64,000 nucleotides of DNA from an uncultured Bdellovibrionales bacterium (GTDB taxonomy: Bacteria > Patescibacteriota > Minisyncoccia > Moranbacterales > UBA9337). The stretch's first letter is position 1; each line of letters opens with the position of its first letter. The notes beneath the pieces are model-generated. The model was not told the origin of the DNA and did no database searches. It worked only from the letters and a program-made list of their open reading frames with translations. Made by a program: the position numbers and the translations under genes. Where the stretch lies: positions 172,645-236,644 of the forward strand of contig CAZSCV010000001.1 of NCBI GenBank assembly GCA_964605525.1, given 5' to 3'. Of the stretch, positions 57,615 through 64,000 are shown piece after piece.

Positions 57615-58412
57615 ATGGTTGATATATTCCAATCTGTTTTTTTGGGAATAATTCAAGGTGCCAGTGAATTTCTTCCAATTTCTTCTTCCGGGCACTTGAT
57701 TGTTATCCCTGAACTTTTTGGTTGGAAGGATCCGGGGCTGTATTTTGATGTGTCGCTGCATTTCGGAACGCTTTTGGCGGTAACGATTTATTTTTGGCGC
57801 GATTGGATGAAAATTATCTGTTTAGCTTTTGATCGCAACAAGAATAAACCTAAAGAAGGCGATTATAATTTTCAGACGCTTTGGATATTGGCAGCCGCTA
57901 CGATTCCGGGGGTTTTGGCGGGATTTTTTTTGGAAAATATTGCAGAAACGATTTTTCGCAATCAGCTGTTGGTGGCTTTCAATCTATTTTTTTGGGGAGG
58001 AGTTCTTTTTTATGCGGACAAAAAAAAATCCCAAAAAAGAGAATTCAAAGAGATTGGATTTGTTGACGGAATGTTTATCGGATTTTTCCAGATGCTGGCA
58101 GTAATCCCAGGAACTTCCCGCAGCGGAATTACAATAACAGCCGGCTTGATGAGAGGATTGGGGAGGGTTGAAGCGGCTAGATTTTCTTTTTTGATGATGG
58201 CACCGATTGTTTTCGGGGCAAGTATTTTGAAATTTGGAGATTTTATTTCTAATTTTAATATCCCGATGTTTTTGGGAATTGTCTTTTCGGCTATAAGCGG
58301 AATGGCGGCGATAAATTTTTTGCTTAAGTTTGTGGAAAAAGTCAGTTACCGAGTGTTTTTTTGGTATCGCACAATTCTGGCTCTTGTGATTGTGTTTTTT
58401 TATCTTTTTTAA
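57615..58412 (+). CDS. uppP: undecaprenyl-diphosphate phosphatase
   Basis: GASEFLPISSSGHL; PGTSRSG. Confidence 0.9.
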   Translation: MVDIFQSVFLGIIQGASEFLPISSSGHLIVIPELFGWKDPGLYFDVSLHFGTLLAVTIYFWRDWMKIICLAFDRNKNKPKEGDYNFQTLWILAAATIPGVLAGFFLENIAETIFRNQLLVAFNLFFWGGVLFYADKKKSQKREFKEIGFVDGMFIGFFQMLAVIPGTSRSGITITAGLMRGLGRVEAARFSFLMMAPIVFGASILKFGDFISNFNIPMFLGIVFSAISGMAAINFLLKFVEKVSYRVFFWYRTILALVIVFFYLF

Positions 58413-58503
58413 AAATTGTGGTATAATACATCCGATATTGTTTTGATTTTTTGAAAAATATCGAAAAAAACGGATACGCAAGTCGTGAGATATAAAAATA
58501 AAA

Positions 58504-59823
58504 ATGAAAGAGCCTATAATAAAAACAAAAGATTTGCGGGTGATATATAATCAAGGGAAATCCAACGAGGTAAGATCATTGGAAGATGCCAATGTTGAAA
58601 TATATCCGCAGGAATACGTAATTATTTTCGGACCTTCCGGTTGTGGAAAGTCTACGCTTTTGTATTCAATTTCCGGATTGCAAGCTCCTACCTACGGAGA
58701 TGTTTTTATTGAAGGAAAAAAATTAGCAGAGATGAATAAGAAAGAAAGAGTTAATTTGCATCGGAATAATATCGGAATGGTTTTTCAAGCTTTTTACTTG
58801 GTTCCGTCGCTCAGTATTATCGGCAATGTCTGCTTGCCGAAGTCTTTTTCGGGAGTTGCAAAAAAAATCAGAGAAAAAGATGGGATGAAACTGTTGCAAC
58901 GTTTTTCTATCGCTGAACAGGCGACGAAATTTCCCAATGAACTTTCCGGAGGACAGAAACAGCGGGTTTCTATTGCGCGGTCGCTGATCAATAATCCGCA
59001 AATTATTTTGGCAGATGAACCGGTGGGAAATCTTGATAGTGAATCAGCGGAAAATGTGTTGAGAATTTTAAAAGAATTGAATGAGATAGACAAAAAAACA
59101 ATTATTCTCGTGACCCATAATCCGGAACATCTCCATTTTGCCGATCGGATTATCCATATGAAAGACGGAAGGATTGTGCGGGAAGAAGTGAATAAGGAGA
59201 AGCGCCCAATTGAGGTGGCAAAGAAAAAAGATGATGAGCCTGATTATCAAATCCCTGTTGAAATGAAAATTTTGATGAGGACATTTAAGAATTTGAATCC
59301 GCAGCAGTTGGGAGTTTTATTGATTCCGTTTAAGGCGAAACAATTATTGGATCACGTACTTTCCGAACTTACCGAATCCCAATTGAATTTGGCGGAAAAT
59401 TATTTAAAAGAATTACTTTTCCATAATATTGATTTGAGTGCGTTTGAAAAAGGATTGGATTTGGAATTTGAAAAGGGAGGTGCTAATTGGAACAAACAGC
59501 GCGCTCGTAAGTTTGCGTCCAGAATACATTCCATTTTAGAGGCAACAGAAATTCTCAATGATGAAGAAAATATAGAGAAACATCATTTGTTTATGGCGAA
59601 ATATTTGACTGAAAACTTTGATTTGAAATTTGATGAAAAATTGTACACAAGACTTCAATCCTTACTAAAGCTCAGAATGGAAAATAAAATTGACGGGTTC
59701 GGTTTGTCCGAAAAAATGGATCTTCCTGTCAAGCTTGGCGGATTGGGGATGTATAAAAATACTGCCGATAAAATTGTGCGGGAAGTGGAAGTGATTATGC
59801 TTTTGAAATATACGCGAGAGTAA
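58504..59823 (+). CDS. ABC transporter ATP-binding protein with ~210-aa C-terminal extension
   Basis: Walker A GPSGCGKST; signature LSGGQKQR; Walker B ILADEP; FtsE/MacB-like; extra C-terminal domain of unknown function. Confidence 0.8.
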   Translation: MKEPIIKTKDLRVIYNQGKSNEVRSLEDANVEIYPQEYVIIFGPSGCGKSTLLYSISGLQAPTYGDVFIEGKKLAEMNKKERVNLHRNNIGMVFQAFYLVPSLSIIGNVCLPKSFSGVAKKIREKDGMKLLQRFSIAEQATKFPNELSGGQKQRVSIARSLINNPQIILADEPVGNLDSESAENVLRILKELNEIDKKTIILVTHNPEHLHFADRIIHMKDGRIVREEVNKEKRPIEVAKKKDDEPDYQIPVEMKILMRTFKNLNPQQLGVLLIPFKAKQLLDHVLSELTESQLNLAENYLKELLFHNIDLSAFEKGLDLEFEKGGANWNKQRARKFASRIHSILEATEILNDEENIEKHHLFMAKYLTENFDLKFDEKLYTRLQSLLKLRMENKIDGFGLSEKMDLPVKLGGLGMYKNTADKIVREVEVIMLLKYTRE

Positions 59824-59832
59824 AAAATATTT

Positions 59833-61053
59833 ATGATGAAATTTTCTGACATTTTCAAGCTTTCGATTCGAATGTTTCGAGCGCGAACCTCAAGAACGCT
59901 TTTGACTATTCTCGGAATGAGTATTGGTATCGGAGCGATTTTATTGTTGGTTTCTTTGGGATATGGATTACAAAAAACATTACTGGAAAAAATAACCACA
60001 GCTGATTCGCTTTTGACTTTGGATATAAGCGAAGCTAATCTTGGGTTGGTTTCCCTGGATAAAACAATAGTGGAGAAAATTAAAAATATGGAGGGTGTTG
60101 ATGAGGTTAGTCCGGCGTTTCAAATTTTGGCGCAAGGAAATGTGGATAACTTATCTGCTGATATGAATATTTTGGGCACTACTCCCGGATATTTGAAACT
60201 TGGGGGAGTAGAAATTGAAAAAGGAGAAATGATCAATGATGCAAATAAAGATGGAATCGTGATTACTTCAGCCCTGGCGGGAATTCTTGGAAAAGATGCG
60301 CAAGATCTTATTGGCAAGGATATGGAGTTTACTTATTACATTCCAAAAATAAATTCTTCCAATGAAAAATACGATGACGGATTGAATGATACTTACGATA
60401 TGAAAAAATCAGACAAAAAATTTTTGATTATCGGAACTATCCAAAGTGACACAAGCATGGCTTATGTCCATGTAGATACTTTGTCCGATTTAAATATCGA
60501 AAAATATTCACAGGTTAAGGTTAAATGTAAGAACACTACAGTAATGGCATCTATCCGAGATAATATTTTGGCGGAAGGTTTGCTGGTTTCTTCTTTGTCA
60601 GACACAGTTGATCAGGCCAATCAGATTTTTAATGTGGTAAAAATAATTTTGATGCTTTTTGGCGTAGTGGCGCTGGTGGTTAGCGCGATTGGGATGTTTA
60701 ATACAATGACAATTGCTCTTTTGGAAAGAACCGAGGAAATTGGAATTATGAAATCAATCGGAGCCTCCAATACTAGTATTTCTATGATGTTCGTGATGGA
60801 GTCGACGATTATGGGATTTTTGGGAGGGATTATGGGAATTTTAATCGGATTGATCGGCGGAGAAATTTTCGATTTTGGAGTGAACATGATTGCGAGCCGT
60901 TTCGGAGGAGAGTCTGTTGATTTGTTTTATACTCCGCTTTGGTTTATCGGACTGATTATCGGTTTTGCCGCCGCTGTCGGTTTTATGACCGGAGTAGTTC
61001 CGGCAAGGCGCGCCAGCAGTATCGACCCGCTGGACGCATTAAGATATAAATAG
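59833..61053 (+). CDS. ABC transporter permease (FtsX/MacB-type with large extracytoplasmic domain)
   Basis: N-terminal TM, about 230-aa periplasmic domain, three C-terminal TM with IGIMKSIGASN FtsX motif. Confidence 0.8.
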   Translation: MMKFSDIFKLSIRMFRARTSRTLLTILGMSIGIGAILLLVSLGYGLQKTLLEKITTADSLLTLDISEANLGLVSLDKTIVEKIKNMEGVDEVSPAFQILAQGNVDNLSADMNILGTTPGYLKLGGVEIEKGEMINDANKDGIVITSALAGILGKDAQDLIGKDMEFTYYIPKINSSNEKYDDGLNDTYDMKKSDKKFLIIGTIQSDTSMAYVHVDTLSDLNIEKYSQVKVKCKNTTVMASIRDNILAEGLLVSSLSDTVDQANQIFNVVKIILMLFGVVALVVSAIGMFNTMTIALLERTEEIGIMKSIGASNTSISMMFVMESTIMGFLGGIMGILIGLIGGEIFDFGVNMIASRFGGESVDLFYTPLWFIGLIIGFAAAVGFMTGVVPARRASSIDPLDALRYK

Positions 61054-61055
61054 AT

Positions 61056-61991
61056 ATGAAATTGATTAAAGGCAGGGAAATTGCGGATAAAATTTTGAGG
61101 GAAGTTAGCGGTGGAATTGGAGCAGAAAGACTGATTCCTGGTTTAGGCGTAGTTTTGGTAGGAAATGACCAAGCTTCAAAAATTTATGTCGGCTTAAAAG
61201 AAAAGGCGGCTCGCGATGTTGGAGTGAATTTTTTCAAAGCCGAATTCGATTCAGATGAAGATGAAAAAAATATTTTGAAAAAAATAGAGAAATTCAATGC
61301 TGATGAAAAAGTGCATGGAATAATCGTCCAGCTTCCGCTTCCGAAAAAATTTGACACGCAAAAAATAATCAACTCAATCAGCCCCAAAAAAGATGTTGAC
61401 GGTTTTTGTCCGGAAAATATAGAAAAATTTTTAAAAGGTTTTGGAAATATTTTTCCGGTTTTTCCCGGCGCGATCATGGCAATGATTGAATCGGTCGCGG
61501 AAACAAAGCATCGTTCCAATTTTGCGGAAAAAAGAAAAGGTGTGGTTGTTTGCAATTCGGATATTTTCGGAAAAATAATGGTTGAAGCCTTAAGAAGAAA
61601 AGGAATTAAAGGGGAATATGTCCTAGTAAAGGAATTAAGGGAGGGGAAAGAAAAAAAGGGGGAAGAAGAAAGAGAAAGAGAAAAGGGAGAGGAAATAAAA
61701 ATAGGGATGGAGGAAAAAAATGGATTGATGAAATTTGAAAAATTAAAAGAAACGGATGTTTTGGTTTCGGCTTGTGGAATTTCTAATTTTATAATAAGTG
61801 AAATGGTTAAAGATGGAGCGATTGTGATTGATGGAGGAATAACAAAAATTGACGGAAAAGTTGTCGGAGATGTTGATTTTGAGTCGGTGAAAAATCGGGA
61901 TATTTTTCTTTCCCCGGTTCCGGGCGGAGTCGGACCAATGACGGTTGCTATGCTTATTAAAAATGTTTGGCTATTGTCGAAAAACAAATAG
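61056..61991 (+). CDS. folD: bifunctional methylenetetrahydrofolate dehydrogenase/cyclohydrolase
   Basis: MKLIKGREIADKI, HGIIVQLPLP, PVPGGVGPMTVAML; carries a ~30-aa E/K-rich insertion. Confidence 0.85.
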   Translation: MKLIKGREIADKILREVSGGIGAERLIPGLGVVLVGNDQASKIYVGLKEKAARDVGVNFFKAEFDSDEDEKNILKKIEKFNADEKVHGIIVQLPLPKKFDTQKIINSISPKKDVDGFCPENIEKFLKGFGNIFPVFPGAIMAMIESVAETKHRSNFAEKRKGVVVCNSDIFGKIMVEALRRKGIKGEYVLVKELREGKEKKGEEEREREKGEEIKIGMEEKNGLMKFEKLKETDVLVSACGISNFIISEMVKDGAIVIDGGITKIDGKVVGDVDFESVKNRDIFLSPVPGGVGPMTVAMLIKNVWLLSKNK

Positions 61992-62053
61992 GCTGTTTTT
62001 TGGCTGAAAATACGGGTAATAAAAAAAGAGCATACTTTGAGTATGTTCTTTTT

Positions 62054-62138
62054 TGGTGCCGATGGAGAGACTCGAACTCTCATGAGCAAGCCCACACGAT
62101 TTTGAGTCGTGCGTGTATACCAATTCCACCACATCGGC
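62054..62138 (-). tRNA. tRNA-Leu (anticodon CAA)
   Basis: Acceptor GCCGATG/CATCGGC; 3-bp D-stem; anticodon loop CUCAAAA; long variable arm; T-arm GAGAG-UUCGAGU-CUCUC; CCA encoded. Confidence 0.85.
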
Positions 62139-62203
62139 CTGTTAATTCACTACTTCAGAATAGGCAATTGAAAGGTTTTTGTCAATGTAGTATAATAAAT
62201 AAT

Positions 62204-63025
62204 ATGGCAAAAATAATATCATTAATCAATCAGAAAGGCGGAGTGGGAAAAACCACGACGGCGGTCAATTTGGCAACGTACTTGGCGGATGAAGGCAAGG
62301 CGGTTCTTTTGGTTGACTTGGATCCGCAAGGAAATGCTTCTTCGGGATCAGGAGTGGATATTCGAAATTTGGATAAGAGTTTGTACAAGGCTATGATTAA
62401 TCGCAATAATCCGCGCAGTGTTATTTCCAAATCAAGATCCGGTTATGATATAATTTCTTCCTCTCCGGAATTGGCCGGAGCAGGCGTGGAAATGATTCAT
62501 TTGGATAATCGGGAATTTCGATTGTATGATGTTTTGCGCCAAATCAGGTCGGATTATGATTATATTATAATCGATAGTCCTCCGAGTTTGGGATTGCTGA
62601 CAATTAATGGATTGGTGGCAAGCGATGAAGTTCTTATTCCCGTGCAAACCGAATATTACGCACTGGAAGGTTTGAGTCAGCTATTGGAAACGATTGAATT
62701 GGTGCGGGAAAATTTGCAGCCTCAGTTGAAAATTATGGGGGCGGTTCTTACAATGTACGACCGGAGAAACAGGTTGTCGCGCCAGGTTGTGACAGAAGTG
62801 AAGAATCATTTTCCCGGGCATGTTTTTGAGAGTGTTATTCCAAGGAGCGTGCGTTTGGCGGAAGCCCCAAGTTTCGGTAAATCTATTTTAAGTTTCGATT
62901 CATTTTCCAAGGGTGCGCGTGCATATAAAAGTTTAGCAAAAGAAGTTATCCAGCGGACGAAAAATGAGGAAAAAAAATCCGTTCAAGGCGGAGCCGCTTC
63001 CGGAGGAAAAAGGTTTATTGTATAA
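62204..63025 (+). CDS. parA: chromosome partitioning ATPase ParA/Soj
   Basis: MAKIISLINQKGGVGKTTTAVNLA deviant Walker A; internal ATG chosen because the ORF-track start overlaps the tRNA. Confidence 0.9.
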   Translation: MAKIISLINQKGGVGKTTTAVNLATYLADEGKAVLLVDLDPQGNASSGSGVDIRNLDKSLYKAMINRNNPRSVISKSRSGYDIISSSPELAGAGVEMIHLDNREFRLYDVLRQIRSDYDYIIIDSPPSLGLLTINGLVASDEVLIPVQTEYYALEGLSQLLETIELVRENLQPQLKIMGAVLTMYDRRNRLSRQVVTEVKNHFPGHVFESVIPRSVRLAEAPSFGKSILSFDSFSKGARAYKSLAKEVIQRTKNEEKKSVQGGAASGGKRFIV

Positions 63026-63117
63026 ATTTTTAAAGATACAAAGATACAAAAAACAAGATACAAAATATAAAATTAAAAAACTTTTTATTTTTTGTTTCTT
63101 GATTATTTTAAAATGTT

Positions 63118-64000
63118 ATGGCGCAAGAATATGGTTTGGGAAGGGGATTGGCTTCGCTGATACCGCAAAAAAATAAGTCGAGTGAAGATACGGCAGAATT
63201 TTCTTTAAACGGAAATTCTTCCGGAAGAGTTCGCGATGAAAATGGGAGCGGGGCGGAAAATGATCCAAATGAGGTTTCAATTGAAAAAATACAAACTAAT
63301 CCATACCAGCCGCGAACAAATTTCGATCAAGAAAAATTAGAAGAATTGGCAAAATCGATCAAAAATCATGGAATTATCCAGCCGCTGGTAGTGAGTCGGC
63401 AGGGGAATGGTTTTGAATTGATCGCCGGAGAAAGGAGATTTCAAGCCGCGAAACTTGCCGGACTGGAAAAAGTTCCAGTTGTTATCCGCCAAATTGACGA
63501 CAAGCAAAAATTAGAAATGGCAATAATTGAAAATGTCCAGCGCCATAATCTTAATCCGATTGAGGAGGCGCGCGCATACAAGCGCTTGATGGATGATTTT
63601 CAAATGAATCAAGAAGAAACGGCGGAAAGAATGGGAAAAAATCGCAGTAGTGTGGCAAATAAATTGCGGCTTTTGCAACTGCCGGCTTTGGCGCAAAAAG
63701 CGCTTGTTGAAGGGAGGATTACTGAAGGGCATGCAAAAGCTCTCTTGGCAGTGGAAGGTCAGGAAAAACAGTTGATGCTTCTTGAAATGATTTTAAAAAA
63801 TAATTTGACGGTTCGCCAATCAGAAAGTAAGAGTCAGGAAATAACAGTAAAAACTCATAATCGAAAAATGAAAGTTGATCCGGAAACAAAAAATTTGGAG
63901 AATCGCCTGGCTGATTTTTTTGGAACTAAGGTAAAAATAAAAAGTTCCGGAACTTCCGGAGGGAAAATTTTAATCGAATATTATTCCGATGAAGAATTGG
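63118..64000 (+). CDS. parB: chromosome partitioning protein ParB/Spo0J (3' end beyond window)
   Basis: GLGRGLASLIP; ParB box GERRFQAAKLAG; HTH; runs off the window end (not in the ORF track). Confidence 0.85.
   Translation, partial: MAQEYGLGRGLASLIPQKNKSSEDTAEFSLNGNSSGRVRDENGSGAENDPNEVSIEKIQTNPYQPRTNFDQEKLEELAKSIKNHGIIQPLVVSRQGNGFELIAGERRFQAAKLAGLEKVPVVIRQIDDKQKLEMAIIENVQRHNLNPIEEARAYKRLMDDFQMNQEETAERMGKNRSSVANKLRLLQLPALAQKALVEGRITEGHAKALLAVEGQEKQLMLLEMILKNNLTVRQSESKSQEITVKTHNRKMKVDPETKNLENRLADFFGTKVKIKSSGTSGGKILIEYYSDEEL

Noticed and set aside
61184-62134. 316-aa minus-strand ORF
   Set aside because: Low-complexity translation of the complement of folD (purine-rich tract) running into the tRNA-Leu gene. 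No motifs. Spurious.
62179-62203. ttgtca...tataat upstream of parA as a promoter
   Set aside because: The spacer between the two hexamers is only 6 nt, so it is not a canonical promoter. Left unannotated.

Overview
AT-rich bacterial chromosomal segment. By inference from gene content it resembles a small-genome Candidate Phyla Radiation / Patescibacteria-type organism: many secreted Cys-rich proteins, TrmB regulators, a compact ribosomal cluster, desulfoferrodoxin.

Most of the window is core housekeeping:
- dksA-like and lspA at the start.
- comM, ksgA, thiI, pth.
- rplT-rpmI-infC followed by smpB and a minus-strand tmRNA (ssrA) that the ORF track misses.
- argS, ileS, recO, tgt.
- infA-rpmJ-rpsK-rpsM-rpsD-rpoA-rplQ-rplM-rpsI.
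- ftsK, a rodZ-like gene, recA, uppP, an ABC ATPase/permease pair, folD, tRNA-Leu(CAA) and parA-parB at the window end.
- Cell-envelope functions: GT2, three GT4, a flippase-like membrane protein, LCP, L,D-transpeptidase, G5/RlpA, a glycoside hydrolase.

Most unusual region (1.0-7.1 kb): a mosaic accessory island between lspA and comM. Two families of short interspersed repeats cut it into single-gene cassettes: a RhuM-family protein, a hypothetical, a sodium:solute symporter, an 86-aa ORF flanked by ~65-nt direct repeats, and a class-1 OLD-family ABC-ATPase/TOPRIM nuclease (candidate anti-phage defence).

Second unusual locus (34.9-38.0 kb): four co-oriented secreted/membrane proteins. Two paralogues share a near-identical ~200-nt 5' module but have different Cys-rich C-termini. 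A DUF4215-like Cys-repeat protein sits between them.

Also seen: a degraded DinD/BRO-like (prophage-type) gene, a polyprenyl-synthase plus N-terminally extended UbiA prenyltransferase pair, in-frame repeat insertions in ksgA and folD, and an rpsK-before-rpsM order. No CRISPR array or rRNA was seen.
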